Under the pieces are notes generated by a model. It ran no database searches, was not told the origin of the DNA, and was given only the letters and a program-made list of their open reading frames with translations. From a virus: 64,000 bases of DNA. Below are positions 8,474 through 18,963 of the stretch, piece by piece. The position numbers and the translations under genes were made by a program. The stretch is from positions 1 to 64,000 of the IMG/VR virus record IMGVR_UViG_3300027987_000382. One strand, 5' to 3'. Numbering within the stretch: the stretch's first letter is position 1; each line of letters begins with the position of its first letter.

Positions 8474-9031
8474 TCATTCCTCTAGACCTAAATCGCGTAT
8501 TGTCACCAACGACTCCATCTGGTAACCACGATTTTTGAATTCTTCTGACGCACCGCTGAGTCTGTCGATGATTGAAATGACCTTGACTACAGTTGCATTC
8601 CGTTCTTCAACAGCGGCGATAGCTTTGAAGACGGAACCTCCTGACAAAATCACGTCCTCGACTATAACTACTCGGTCGCCTTTTTTGAGATGACCTTCAA
8701 CCATATTGTGCAGGCCGTGGGTCTTGTACTCCTTACGGACAATGAAGCCACGCTGCCTACTGGTGGGGCCGAACTTCATGAGAAGCCCGGCAATGATGGG
8801 ATCGGCACCCAAAGTCAGGCCGCCGACGACGTCGAATTCAACGCCGGTTAGAATAGATGAAATAGCGTCAACGATGATGCTCAGTCCATTCGGAGTGAGC
8901 GTGACTTTGCGGCAATCAATGTAGAAGTCAGTTTGAACACCGCTGGCTAAAGTAAACAGCTCACCCGGCGGAGCCATTACCAAGCCGATCTCCTTGATTA
9001 TCTGAACAACCTCCTGTTTCTGATGTTCCAT
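8474..9031 (-). CDS. pyrE: orotate phosphoribosyltransferase
   Basis: FTLASG...YIDCR, RKEYKTHG, VVIVEDVILSGGS. Confidence 0.92.
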   Translation of the reverse strand: MEHQKQEVVQIIKEIGLVMAPPGELFTLASGVQTDFYIDCRKVTLTPNGLSIIVDAISSILTGVEFDVVGGLTLGADPIIAGLLMKFGPTSRQRGFIVRKEYKTHGLHNMVEGHLKKGDRVVIVEDVILSGGSVFKAIAAVEERNATVVKVISIIDRLSGASEEFKNRGYQMESLVTIRDLGLEE

Positions 9032-9209
9032 CCTTCTTCTCCACCAGGGCCGAGCACATGTGGCGTGCTAATGCGTCCAACGGTTCCTCATTCTCGTTGA
9101 CCGCATCAGCCAGAAGTTGGAACATACCGAATCGCGGGTCATGGACCGGCGTCAAAATCCTGGATAGCCGTTCCTTGAATAAGTCATGGACATTGTCAAT
9201 CGCCATCAA
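8961..9209 (-). CDS. hypothetical protein
   Basis: ORF coupled to neighbours. Confidence 0.5.
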   Translation of the reverse strand: MMAIDNVHDLFKERLSRILTPVHDPRFGMFQLLADAVNENEEPLDALARHMCSALVEKKDGTSETGGCSDNQGDRLGNGSAG

Positions 9210-10155
9210 TCATACCCTTGGCTTCTGCGACGAAGCCTAGAGCCATGAACAAAGTACGCATGCGATGATGGTATGTGTGTTCGGCCAAAACTTCTTGCCG
9301 CTGTTTTTCCGCTAGTGCTTTTCGTTCTTCGTTATTCTTGCTGAAATGCACGCACTTCTCGAGAAAGTCTTGGGTGTTTCCAGCAACGACAGCCGATGGA
9401 ATCATACGCTTGAGCGTAGGCACCGCATCGTGGATGACGAGTGTCTCGCAAAGAGCAACCTTGAAAGCACGCTCCGGGATATCGATCCCGTACTGCTGAG
9501 TGTGCTTCTCTGAGATGCATGGCCCAATTCGACCACTATTCAGAAATTGGTTTGGTTGATCTGCCGGTAAAATACCGGAGCAAACACCGGCTGGCCATTC
9601 CCCCCAACCGTGTACCTGGAAAGAGAGACCAGAATGCTGCAGAACCGGCAACAAGAATGTATCGATCGTCTGAGCCTTGTAAGGCCAGCGACCGCCAAGA
9701 TACACCAGATCGACGACCCTGTCATCTTGGCCGCGAGATTTGTTGAACAGTATTCGATCACCAGCTGTCGGCATCGGCACCCATTGAATACCGAGTTTCT
9801 TTTGCCAGTGAGACCACATGATGCGGTCCTCTTCATGCCCGTAGCCGAACACCGCATCGGGGTTCTGTTTTCTGACCCATTCGATATTCTGGTCGGCCTC
9901 GTTGATCCCAGGAATTTCGACAGGACCAAACGGGTTGACGTGGATCGCCACTTTGGTATTTCGCTTTGCCGGAATCGGTTGCTTGTGGCCAGAGCACCCG
10001 ATATAAAGATCTGGCTGGAAATCACGCCAAGACACTTCCGCACCGTCCCATCGACGAACGTCGTGACCGCGATCACGGCAGGCGTTAATCCAGCCGTCAG
10101 TAATATAACCGAAAGCCCCGCCCGGACGATGACAGATCAGAACTCGCATTTTCAT
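9196..10155 (-). CDS. GT-B glycosyltransferase (CgeB-like)
   Basis: ERAFKVALC...HTYHHR C-terminal signature. Confidence 0.75.
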   Translation of the reverse strand: MKMRVLICHRPGGAFGYITDGWINACRDRGHDVRRWDGAEVSWRDFQPDLYIGCSGHKQPIPAKRNTKVAIHVNPFGPVEIPGINEADQNIEWVRKQNPDAVFGYGHEEDRIMWSHWQKKLGIQWVPMPTAGDRILFNKSRGQDDRVVDLVYLGGRWPYKAQTIDTFLLPVLQHSGLSFQVHGWGEWPAGVCSGILPADQPNQFLNSGRIGPCISEKHTQQYGIDIPERAFKVALCETLVIHDAVPTLKRMIPSAVVAGNTQDFLEKCVHFSKNNEERKALAEKQRQEVLAEHTYHHRMRTLFMALGFVAEAKGMIDGD

Positions 10156-10379
10156 CAGACTCCTTGGTCATCAGGTATTGGTGCTTGACTCGCCTTGGCT
10201 ATTACTTCGACGTGCTCTTGCAAAGCATAGATCTTGTAATAAAGACCGACATCGATGACGAGATTTGAACCATCAACATCGAAAACGACACCAGTGATCC
10301 CAAGATTACGGCACCACACAGCAGCAGAACAAGTGGCCGCATCCGTGAAACGAACTAGGTCTGTTTTCTCAGCGTTCAT
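10155..10379 (-). CDS. hypothetical protein
   Basis: Translationally coupled ORF. Confidence 0.55.
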   Translation of the reverse strand: MNAEKTDLVRFTDAATCSAAVWCRNLGITGVVFDVDGSNLVIDVGLYYKIYALQEHVEVIAKASQAPIPDDQGV

Positions 10380-12331
10380 CCCAACCTCTTGAGTTGGTCG
10401 CCATAACCGTTTTGACGCAGCTGGGCGAGTTGCTTGTTGATTCGGTCCTTAATAGGCAATACCTTCAGACTTGCTTCGATCTCCTTATTAGTCTTGTGAT
10501 GCTGGTTCCACCCATCAACTCTGCCATGCCACATGTGCAGGAAATCGAAAACTCGATCTTCCTTCCACGCAGCACCCCCAGCGAGACGAGCGTAAAAATC
10601 ACAATCTTCACATCCGTATCCCCAATAGTCTTCATTGAAGCCACCGACACGCCAGTATGCATTGACTTTGCACGCCAACGAGCCGCCCTCAAAATAGCCA
10701 ACGACACGCTCACACTCGCAGTCTTTGTTGATCTCCCTCGTGGTGTTGATCCTGTCTGTTGATTCCCGCGTCGAGTAGATGACGGTTCCGCCAAGATGGC
10801 AAGCGTCGGCCAACTTAAGAGTGTCGTAGACTTGCTTCGTGTAATTGCCCTGTACTACCATGTCGGCATCGTGCAGAATGACACTCTCGGTCGTTGTCTT
10901 CGAGACCCCGAGATTGAACGCAATCGCTTTATTGAACAGGAGGTTCCTGGTTTCTTGAGCAAGATAATAGAAGACCGGGCTGTAATCGTCGACATTGATC
11001 CTGGTCTGAGAATCTTGCTCGACCATGATGATATGGACGACAGGAAATCGTTGCCCACGCAGATTGGCGATCACAGTCTTCATCGACGCATCGCGAGCCG
11101 TGTTCCGGAACGGGACCACATACGTGATCTCAGAAACCTTCGACTGTTCTGTTGGGCCACATCTCTGTCGTGTTCTTGTCTCGAAAACCTTGCGGGCTTC
11201 TTTCAAATGTGTCGATCGATCCTCGACAACCGATGAGTCAGAGTGCAACCTGAAATAATCAGCGGAGCCTTCAACGTCAAAGAACCCTTGCTCCTGCAGG
11301 TTGAATTCCCAAGCTTTCATCGACCAATCGACGTGTTCCATACCATAGAGGCCGAAATCTTCGTTAAAGTATCCGGCCTTAACCAACATTTCTCTGCTGA
11401 ATGCCATGACCGCTCCTTGCGGTCTTTCTGTAACGACTCTCAGAGCGATGCCGTTTTTCGATCTCTGATCGCCGAGTTTGGCACCATAAACGCCAGGCTG
11501 GCGATGCTGGAAATGATGCATCCCGGTTCTACGCATGGCTTCTACGTAAAACTCATCCCAACCTTCTTTGAGGACCTCCACGTCATCATTCAGAATCAAG
11601 CCGTGATTGAATCTTGTCAGGCACCGGATGAGACGGTTCGTGTTTACTGCAATCCCTCCACGTTTGCCGTTTCTGATCACCACAAAATTCGGGGTTGCCT
11701 CCAGTTCGTTGAGATACTGGATGGTGCTTTCCTCGGTGCTCGCGTCGTCGCTGATGAACACCGTTGTTCGCCTGAGATCTGTCGTTTTTGAAATCGATTG
11801 AACCAGCCTCCTGAGGGACGATACCCTGTTATAGGACATGATCCCAATACCAATGTTGTTGCTTACCGGGAAGTGGTTCTTCTCGATATTGCTTCGCAAC
11901 AATTCAGTGGCATCGATAGCCAACCGACGCCCAACCACCAACTTCTTTCCGCCAGGAGAAACGGGGCCTGATCTCCTAACCTTCGTGGCGTTTGAGATCT
12001 TTCGTGCCCGTTGAATTTCTTGGATTCTGGTTTTCTTCCGTTGTTGCAATTCTTGAGCGGAGGCATCCTGGGGGATCTGCTCTTTGGACTTCCTCACCAC
12101 ACGCCTTTGTTGCGTAAGGCGGATTGAACCTTGGACGTTCTTCGGTTTGGCTTGTGGCGGTGTGTTGACTGGTGCTGAAGTCTCTGACACGAGTTTAATG
12201 AAGCCTCGAGCACGATACCTGTCGAAGTATTCGTTCAGGATCATTTTCTGTTTAGAGCGTATTCGAATGACCTTCCCATCCGGCCCTGTCAGATGCACTG
12301 TGTGAGGGTTATGATTGATGTACTCTGGCAC
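10376..12331 (-). CDS. two-domain GT2/GT7-like glycosyltransferase with basic N-terminus
   Basis: SYNR..SDDAS..LNDDV and VPFRN..HDADM..GGFNEDYWGYGCED. Confidence 0.85.
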   Translation of the reverse strand: MPEYINHNPHTVHLTGPDGKVIRIRSKQKMILNEYFDRYRARGFIKLVSETSAPVNTPPQAKPKNVQGSIRLTQQRRVVRKSKEQIPQDASAQELQQRKKTRIQEIQRARKISNATKVRRSGPVSPGGKKLVVGRRLAIDATELLRSNIEKNHFPVSNNIGIGIMSYNRVSSLRRLVQSISKTTDLRRTTVFISDDASTEESTIQYLNELEATPNFVVIRNGKRGGIAVNTNRLIRCLTRFNHGLILNDDVEVLKEGWDEFYVEAMRRTGMHHFQHRQPGVYGAKLGDQRSKNGIALRVVTERPQGAVMAFSREMLVKAGYFNEDFGLYGMEHVDWSMKAWEFNLQEQGFFDVEGSADYFRLHSDSSVVEDRSTHLKEARKVFETRTRQRCGPTEQSKVSEITYVVPFRNTARDASMKTVIANLRGQRFPVVHIIMVEQDSQTRINVDDYSPVFYYLAQETRNLLFNKAIAFNLGVSKTTTESVILHDADMVVQGNYTKQVYDTLKLADACHLGGTVIYSTRESTDRINTTREINKDCECERVVGYFEGGSLACKVNAYWRVGGFNEDYWGYGCEDCDFYARLAGGAAWKEDRVFDFLHMWHGRVDGWNQHHKTNKEIEASLKVLPIKDRINKQLAQLRQNGYGDQLKRLG

Positions 12332-12984
12332 TACCGTCTAACCTCGACATAAAGTGGGCTGTACGAGTTCTGTTCTTGGTCGTGGTACATCCTGAACCTA
12401 CTCGGCTTGATGAGCAGATCGCCCTCATAAGATCCGGTTCCTTTCTGGATATACTCCAAAGCTCGATCGTCAACAACCTCCATCTTAAGAATTTCTTGTG
12501 TTCGGCACACCTTACTGAAGATGTCTTTGACCATCCCTGGTCCGGCGAATTTGTTCAACGACAATTGAACATCGTACAGAACCAAGCCTTCGTCGTCCTG
12601 CCCGAAAAAGAATTGGGCTTGATCTACTCCGACAAGTCTCATGACTTCGTAGAGCGGGACCGCTTCCTTAGTGACGAAGTCAGCCGCGACGTCGGCCATA
12701 GGCGATTGTGAATCGACCAAGTCGATCTTGTTGCCAGCCCAATCGCCACAAATGACGACCACTTGGTCGTTATCCGGCTGGCGGTAGATGAGAATTGCCA
12801 ATCCGTTATCTCCAGGATGACGAAGGATATAGCAGAAGATATCCTTGACCTGCTGGAGATTTGTGATCAGAGGTGGGTATTTGAGAAGCTGTGGAAGCTG
12901 CGGGACCTTGGCTGGGCCACGCCTAGATGTACCAGATGACTGCGTTTTGGGTTTGGTCGTGTCTCTGAATCGCGTATTTGCCAT
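12331..12984 (-). CDS. hypothetical protein
   Basis: 217-aa ORF. Confidence 0.7.
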   Translation of the reverse strand: MANTRFRDTTKPKTQSSGTSRRGPAKVPQLPQLLKYPPLITNLQQVKDIFCYILRHPGDNGLAILIYRQPDNDQVVVICGDWAGNKIDLVDSQSPMADVAADFVTKEAVPLYEVMRLVGVDQAQFFFGQDDEGLVLYDVQLSLNKFAGPGMVKDIFSKVCRTQEILKMEVVDDRALEYIQKGTGSYEGDLLIKPSRFRMYHDQEQNSYSPLYVEVRR

Positions 12985-13234
12985 TGCTAGCCTTCTTCAC
13001 CTCGTCCAGCGAGATCTTTCTAGTTTCCTTCTTTTGTTCATTTTCTGGCATTGTGAAGAGAAGGAATGGCACACCTGCGAAAACCACGGACAACTCACCA
13101 ACGTTGGCGTCAAAATTGGTGACTACTCCGTGCCAAGTAGAAAACCATCGTGACCAGATGAAATAATCCCCGTACTGTGGACTATATTCACTTCTGGGCT
13201 TGTATTGGGCCAGTGGCGGGAGTTCCAGTTCCAT
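12923..13234 (-). CDS. hypothetical protein
   Basis: ORF in operon context. Confidence 0.6.
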   Translation of the reverse strand: MELELPPLAQYKPRSEYSPQYGDYFIWSRWFSTWHGVVTNFDANVGELSVVFAGVPFLLFTMPENEQKKETRKISLDEVKKASNGKYAIQRHDQTQNAVIWYI

Positions 13235-13727
13235 CGTGTTGTACTCTGGTCAGTTTGTGTTCGTAGATGTCATATTTGTAGCGGTACCCGTCAAGGTCCC
13301 AACAGATATGTATCCCGACACGGAATCCTCCCGTCCATTGGCTTATTAGAGGGTCAACCCAACTCCTTCCTTCGACTCCGCTACCAACAGGTTTTGGCTT
13401 CATCGCGATGCCATTGATCTCTACCTCTTCACCATCGCCAGTTTGAGCTGTCACTTCCATCCGACGCTTGATGATGTCGATTCCTTCGACTAGCATATCC
13501 CTCTTGGACTTTGATTTTGTGTTTGCTCTGACCTCAAACGTTTGACCCTCAGACTCCATATGAGTGACTACTTCGATGTCGTGTGATTCAGGGTTCTTTT
13601 TCGGATCGAGTTCACTCACGATCCTTTTGATGTCGTTGATGTTGTTCACAACGACTGGGTCAAGGATCGATTGACTGAGTCTTCTCGCTTCCCTGGCCCG
13701 TGCACGCTCAAGATTCTCCATCGTCAC
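13188..13727 (-). CDS. hypothetical protein
   Basis: ORF in operon context. Confidence 0.65.
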   Translation of the reverse strand: MTMENLERARAREARRLSQSILDPVVVNNINDIKRIVSELDPKKNPESHDIEVVTHMESEGQTFEVRANTKSKSKRDMLVEGIDIIKRRMEVTAQTGDGEEVEINGIAMKPKPVGSGVEGRSWVDPLISQWTGGFRVGIHICWDLDGYRYKYDIYEHKLTRVQHDGTGTPATGPIQAQK

Positions 13728-14181
13728 CCTCCAAAGCGTCTTCTAGGTCGAGGTCCTCCTCCTCTTCTGATTCAATAATCTGCACTTTCAAAGAGATCTC
13801 GTGGTCATGGCTTTTGACCCGACCTTTCCTCACGAGTTCGTAAAAGACGTGCAGCCAATTCGCCAGTCTGTGCAGCAGGAATGTCGCACACATCCAATTC
13901 AAGAAGGCGTGGTCGAAGACCTTTGGTGCGAATAAAGCGAAGAACCCAGCTGTCCACACACTGAAGCAATAGCCGCATGTGAGCAATTTGTAGATGGCAA
14001 CTACCGCATGGTGCCGGAAATTGTTTCGCGGAGTGTCAGGAACGGCGATGAAAGAAAGGCGTGTCCTGATCCAGAGAAACAATGGGAATTCAGAGGCAAC
14101 GATGATCTCCGTCACCGCTTCGGTGGCCACGACGAGAATTGCGAAGACTGCGAGTTCGATCACTTGATAATCTGTCTGCAA
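13708..14181 (-). CDS. membrane protein (DUF1360-like)
   Basis: TM segments with LLTCGYCFSVW motif. Confidence 0.7.
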   Translation of the reverse strand: MQTDYQVIELAVFAILVVATEAVTEIIVASEFPLFLWIRTRLSFIAVPDTPRNNFRHHAVVAIYKLLTCGYCFSVWTAGFFALFAPKVFDHAFLNWMCATFLLHRLANWLHVFYELVRKGRVKSHDHEISLKVQIIESEEEEDLDLEDALEGDDGES

Positions 14182-14420
14182 TTGGCATTACTACATTGTT
14201 GTCTCTCACGCCCGCCAATATGTACGAGCATGGTAGGATAACCGCACGATGGGCATCGAGTATGGGGGACAACATGCTGACGCTCAATGCTGACAGGGCG
14301 ATCAGAAGAACGACGACGCACTCGCTGCACCTTCACGGTCTTTTGGCCTTTGGATGCCTTCGTAACCGTGAGTTGTGATCTTAGCTTTCTTTTGCCGCCA
14401 CCGCATCCACCGCATGCCAT
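14160..14420 (-). CDS. small basic Zn-binding protein (MACGGCGG...)
   Basis: CxxC motifs, K/R-rich. Confidence 0.7.
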   Translation of the reverse strand: MACGGCGGGKRKLRSQLTVTKASKGQKTVKVQRVRRRSSDRPVSIERQHVVPHTRCPSCGYPTMLVHIGGRERQQCSNANCRQIIK

Positions 14421-14422
14421 GT

Positions 14423-14602
14423 CTATGCTCTGTGTTTGTCTAGATTGTTTGCCGGTTTCACAGAGGTAGGCGAGATTCTGGCGGTTAGCTTATGCGTGCC
14501 AAGACGTTCGGCCGTCACTTGCACGAGCTTTTTAGGTTTGGTGGCAACAACCCGCTGGACACGAAGCGGAGCTTTATTGCCACCACAAGAACCACATGCC
14601 AT
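14423..14602 (-). CDS. small basic protein (MACGSCGG..., 59 aa; not in the ORF track)
   Basis: AGGAGG RBS; N-terminus matches the neighbouring gene. Confidence 0.65.
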   Translation of the reverse strand: MACGSCGGNKAPLRVQRVVATKPKKLVQVTAERLGTHKLTARISPTSVKPANNLDKHRA

Positions 14603-14617
14603 TCCTCGTCCTCCTTT

Positions 14618-15370
14618 TTAGGTTTGGACGAATATGGATTGTGGGTTTACCTCGGCAGCAAAATCCTTCCAGCGGCACATGATGCACGGTTCCAACTCCA
14701 ACGCGAACATGACTTTGTTCTTATTGGAAGCGGCGATATTCTGTTCGATCTCTCCTAGCCAGGAATAGGCATCATACCGGATGTGCTGGAACCAGCATTC
14801 AGTGGAATTGGCTCCCCAACGAGCTTTAGACTCGTCGGAAGCATACTCAGCGGGGCGTAGAACCTGTTGAGTGAAGCATTTGGTCGGGACAGCTACCCAA
14901 TCCCAGTTAGGATGCGGCTTGAAGAATAGTAATGGCCACCGCTTCTCGCCAAGCTTATCCGTGAGGAGTTTGGCGTCGTAGTTGACTTGGTGCCACCACT
15001 CTGTGAATTTGGCGGTGTGGGGGTTCATGAAGAGCCCATCAAGGCTGAATTTCTCGCCTTTTTTGGACTCAATGGCGAACAGAATTTCACCTTCGATTGG
15101 GATGATGTCCGCGACACCCTCCACGACGGCCACGTCGTGGCCTCTTCCTTCAACTCGACGCCGCCTAAACTCGACGCCCGCCCAGTCGGTCAGAAGCTTT
15201 TTACAACGCCTTTCGTGGCTTTTCGAGGTGGCTACGTTGCGTTTCCCGGTCTTCGAGTACGTCTCCTTACGCTTCTCGATGATTTTGTCAATAAGCTGCT
15301 CTTTGGTGAGTTTGTCCAGGTCGCGGTGGGCTTTCGCGATCCAATCTTCTTTGTCTTCTTTGTCAGTCAT
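14618..15370 (-). CDS. PD-(D/E)XK nuclease, Holliday junction resolvase-like
   Basis: SHERR...ADII...IESKK, PLLFFK. Confidence 0.7.
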   Translation of the reverse strand: MTDKEDKEDWIAKAHRDLDKLTKEQLIDKIIEKRKETYSKTGKRNVATSKSHERRCKKLLTDWAGVEFRRRRVEGRGHDVAVVEGVADIIPIEGEILFAIESKKGEKFSLDGLFMNPHTAKFTEWWHQVNYDAKLLTDKLGEKRWPLLFFKPHPNWDWVAVPTKCFTQQVLRPAEYASDESKARWGANSTECWFQHIRYDAYSWLGEIEQNIAASNKNKVMFALELEPCIMCRWKDFAAEVNPQSIFVQT

Positions 15371-15554
15371 TTTCGAGCAACTCTCGCCAGTAGTACAATG
15401 CGTATTCGAGATCAGCGTCGACGAGTCCTTCCGTCTCACGAAGATAGCGTATCAGGCGTTTCGCCCTTCTAATTACTTCCTCCCGGCCCATTTCCCGACC
15501 ACGTTCGTGGGTCAGGTACATGATCCGTCTGATACACGCTTCTCGCAATTCCAT
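15363..15554 (-). CDS. hypothetical protein
   Basis: Short ORF in operon context. Confidence 0.5.
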   Translation of the reverse strand: MELREACIRRIMYLTHERGREMGREEVIRRAKRLIRYLRETEGLVDADLEYALYYWRELLEND

Positions 15555-15592
15555 GCTTGACCGATATCTGGTGTTTCATACTGTTGTCCAGA

Positions 15593-16381
15593 TCAAACTC
15601 GATCGTACGGGTCGTACAGCCATTGCACGAAACCGAGCCGTTCTCGGCCGTTGCTGGGAGTGACACTGTGAAAAGTAGGATTGTCCTTCAGATTGCAAAG
15701 AAACAACCTATTGTAGGCAGGTACGATCTGATCATAAAGAACAAGATCGTGCTCTTTACCGTCCGTGAATCCTCCACCAGGTGATCTAGTTCGTACCCTT
15801 TTGTGTTTGGCAAGAAATTCAAGCCGACCAGTTGGGTTGTTGAACTCCGGTGTGGATTCCTGTGAACGCTCGACTTTCCACAGCTGTAATAGTCCTCCGT
15901 CCTCAACGGTCCAATTACGGTTGAAATAACAGATCGCCACTAACGAGCGGATCTTGCTGTCAGTGTGTATCCAAAATCCATCTGCTTGTGGGCGATGGTA
16001 TCGCAGCTTGATCTCAGTACCGACAGGGAAGTCCATCTTGGTCCCGGTGACGTAGCAACAGTACCGCTGCCATTCGTCATCGTAGAACAAGTCAGACCCG
16101 AAATGTTCTCCTTTTTGGGCGAACACTACAGACCCATCGTAGGGTAGTAGTTTTCCTTCGCGAGTGACTCTGTCATCTTGCTCGCTGAACTTCAGCGAAC
16201 TATGGTGTTGAACCAACTGGTCCAGTTTCTCCCTACGGAAGAAATCATCCAATACCGTATATTTCGCTATGGGCCTCGCCAGAACCGACTGCCGGAGAGT
16301 CTCGACAAATTCATCATCCAGGTATCTGGGATTCACCCAGTCGTCGATGACACTCACTTGAACTGATCCGCTTGCTTCCAC
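15593..16381 (-). CDS. 2OG-Fe(II) oxygenase (prolyl-hydroxylase-like)
   Basis: HTD...GGLLQLW...P.YNRL..FHSV...R. Confidence 0.85.
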   Translation of the reverse strand: MEASGSVQVSVIDDWVNPRYLDDEFVETLRQSVLARPIAKYTVLDDFFRREKLDQLVQHHSSLKFSEQDDRVTREGKLLPYDGSVVFAQKGEHFGSDLFYDDEWQRYCCYVTGTKMDFPVGTEIKLRYHRPQADGFWIHTDSKIRSLVAICYFNRNWTVEDGGLLQLWKVERSQESTPEFNNPTGRLEFLAKHKRVRTRSPGGGFTDGKEHDLVLYDQIVPAYNRLFLCNLKDNPTFHSVTPSNGRERLGFVQWLYDPYDRV

Positions 16382-17043
16382 GTGTTAATGTGCGTCGGTA
16401 TTTCGACACCAGCAGAATTCCGGCCCTTGAAATAATCGAGATCTTTCGTGTACCCCGGCCTATTGCGTTTGGCCCGCCAATGTTCATGGCCTTCCGGATA
16501 GCCGTCGACAAATTGCATCTCTGCAGCACCGGCATCTCCACGATAGAGAAACATCTGGGCAATCGGCTGTCCCATGTATACTGTAAAATCGCATGGTTGA
16601 TTCAACAGATATACTATTCCGAAATGCCCAACATTCCACCAAGCCTCGATGACTGCCTCCATGCAAGAGTACGGCATCGCCCGCTCATTCGGTATTCCTT
16701 TAACATAGACGAAATCGCCAGGATCGTCCGTAACAGGAATGAACTTCGCTTGAACAGTGAATCCGCCAAACGTGGCGTGATTATCCACTTCGAAGTGAGA
16801 GCTGACTTCTATCGGCGTGATCTTGGCACGTTTATTGAGATCACCGTGCCAGCGAACACGAAACGTGCCCGGAGATAGAATATAGTATCCAAGACTGTTG
16901 GCCATGGCCAATGGAAGACAATGCCTCGCGTGATCCCGAGTTGCTTGATTGTCTTCCCACCAGTCTCTGTGCCTGATAGCAGGTTTTGGCACCAAACTCT
17001 TGTCGAAGTTTGGCGACAAATGAATTCGGATTATGTCGCCCAT
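16354..17043 (-). CDS. DUF6065-like protein
   Basis: RDWW...HCLPLAMANSLGY motif. Confidence 0.7.
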   Translation of the reverse strand: MGDIIRIHLSPNFDKSLVPKPAIRHRDWWEDNQATRDHARHCLPLAMANSLGYYILSPGTFRVRWHGDLNKRAKITPIEVSSHFEVDNHATFGGFTVQAKFIPVTDDPGDFVYVKGIPNERAMPYSCMEAVIEAWWNVGHFGIVYLLNQPCDFTVYMGQPIAQMFLYRGDAGAAEMQFVDGYPEGHEHWRAKRNRPGYTKDLDYFKGRNSAGVEIPTHINTWKQADQFK

Positions 17044-17327
17044 TACGGAGTCGGATAGCCGCCAGTCGAGTTCCTGAGGTAGGTGACGATCATGTTCTGG
17101 TCCATGTATTCCAGGACATAATCGGCAGCCGCTTCTGCCTCTAGGTACGCTTTGACGGTGGGCGACGTAGCCGAATTCGGCACATCAGCAGACGGAATAA
17201 TCCGGTGGTCGTGAGAACCCTGTAGGTGCTGTTTAAGCGTCACATTCGGGTCTTCTTTGCTGACAACATTGCCAGCAGCATCGACTTTTCTGAACGCAAC
17301 GCGAACGACGTGAACACCCATTGCCAT
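17043..17327 (-). CDS. hypothetical protein
   Basis: GGAG RBS, coupled ORF. Confidence 0.65.
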   Translation of the reverse strand: MAMGVHVVRVAFRKVDAAGNVVSKEDPNVTLKQHLQGSHDHRIIPSADVPNSATSPTVKAYLEAEAAADYVLEYMDQNMIVTYLRNSTGGYPTP

Positions 17328-17330
17328 GAT

Positions 17331-18104
17331 TTATTCTCCTGGTTCAGTATCTACCAGATGAGCGAATCCTAAGCGGTTCAGTTCCGAGACCAAAGCGTCG
17401 AAATTGATGACTCGCTCACGGAGACTGTCAGGGTTCTGTTTCTGCAGTCGGCTCTTAACGGAGTATTTCTCGCCGATGAGCCACTCAAGGACTTTCTCAA
17501 CAGGTTCGTAATTATCTTTGAATTGTTCGTATCTGAGTCGTTTGTGCTGAAGTCCATGGCACTTTGCAATCAGATACTTCTTCTCACGCATGATCCTGCG
17601 GATATTCCGCTCTAACGAATCTATCGGCACTTCAACCTTGGCCTGTATCGGATCATCGCCCCAACAAGCCGCCTGTCTAGTCTCTTTCACAATCAGATCT
17701 GACACGTACTGCATCACAATGTTGTGCCGAAAGACCAGGATCACCTTGATCTTATTGGCACGCAGGTACTGCCAGAACAATTCCTCGTGCTTCAACGCTT
17801 GTAATTGGTGAGCCATGATTTTGAAGCCAGAAGCAACAGCCCCAGCTTTCTTGCTCAAAACCCACTGATCAGGAAGGACCTCTTGGGACAGCAGAAGATC
17901 CATCGCGTCGCTGAGACGGTCCTGCACCATTGCCTCTGGTAGAAGGCAATTCGAGTCCGCGATCGGTTGCATATGATGGGTGTGAGTCTCGGGATTAATC
18001 GGCTCGATTAAACACCGGACGCCAGGATGGCTCGAGAACAACGAGCAGAGCAAGGTTGAACCTGTTCGCGGCTGCGAAAGCACCACGAACTTTACGTGTT
18101 TCAT
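17331..18104 (-). CDS. sulfotransferase (Stf0-like)
   Basis: QPRTGSTLL, GFKIM, R.N...QYVS, YE motifs. Confidence 0.82.
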   Translation of the reverse strand: MKHVKFVVLSQPRTGSTLLCSLFSSHPGVRCLIEPINPETHTHHMQPIADSNCLLPEAMVQDRLSDAMDLLLSQEVLPDQWVLSKKAGAVASGFKIMAHQLQALKHEELFWQYLRANKIKVILVFRHNIVMQYVSDLIVKETRQAACWGDDPIQAKVEVPIDSLERNIRRIMREKKYLIAKCHGLQHKRLRYEQFKDNYEPVEKVLEWLIGEKYSVKSRLQKQNPDSLRERVINFDALVSELNRLGFAHLVDTEPGE

Positions 18105-18952
18105 GCCAACTTCTTGAATGGTGGAACGAGATTCGAGTATTCTTGCAGCATGCCATTCACCTTATATTTCTTGATGAAGGCGTCAATGTCCTGCTTCGAA
18201 AACTCTACCTCTTCCGCCAAGCGGCGTAGCACATAGAGCCTGTTCGCCAGACAACGCGGACAAAGCGACAGGTCAATCAGGGCCAGATTCAGCCCGAAAA
18301 CACGACGATTATTCGTCTGTAGGAATTCCTCCAAGACCGAATGATCTGCCAGCATTTTGGCACTCTTCACTGGCCCGATGCCTTTGTATCCGTCAATCGA
18401 GTCAGCCTTATCGCCAACCAGAGCTTTCTGCAGCACAGGATCAACATCCGGCAGCGGGAGTTCTTCTTGCTTCTGCGGATGAAAGACGATAGAACTTCTG
18501 AATCGATACGGAATTTGCAGCATATCGCTGTCTGTCGACACGATCACCGTTGGCATTGGGTGTAAAGCGGTGACAGCAGCGTAGATCAGATCGTCAGCTT
18601 CCATCTCTTTGCGAGAGTATTGCCGCACACCCATTTTAGTAAAGAAAGCCTGAGCAACGGCCGTAGTCTTGGCTAGATCTTCTGAGATGTCCTCGACGTA
18701 CTGGCTATCGTCCCTGTCTTTATAGTTAGGGGCGAGCTGCTTACGCCACACAGTGTTGCGTGGGGCGTCCCAGAAGATATGGACAGAAACGGGATCGTAC
18801 CGGCGAATCCAGCTGGTCAGCTGCCGCAGAAACACAACGAAGTAATGATAACGAACTTCGAATTGCCTCCGCTTTTCATCAGCCTTTTGGCCGTAGATCG
18901 CTCGGTACAAAGCGTTTCTGGCGTCTACCAATAGTGCTGGTCTCGCACTCAT
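18101..18952 (-). CDS. 5'-3' exonuclease / flap endonuclease (T4 RNase H-like)
   Basis: LLVD, YKDR, EADD, STDSD, GDKADSIDG..GIGP. Confidence 0.92.
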   Translation of the reverse strand: MSARPALLVDARNALYRAIYGQKADEKRRQFEVRYHYFVVFLRQLTSWIRRYDPVSVHIFWDAPRNTVWRKQLAPNYKDRDDSQYVEDISEDLAKTTAVAQAFFTKMGVRQYSRKEMEADDLIYAAVTALHPMPTVIVSTDSDMLQIPYRFRSSIVFHPQKQEELPLPDVDPVLQKALVGDKADSIDGYKGIGPVKSAKMLADHSVLEEFLQTNNRRVFGLNLALIDLSLCPRCLANRLYVLRRLAEEVEFSKQDIDAFIKKYKVNGMLQEYSNLVPPFKKLA

Positions 18953-18963
18953 CGCTGTACCTT

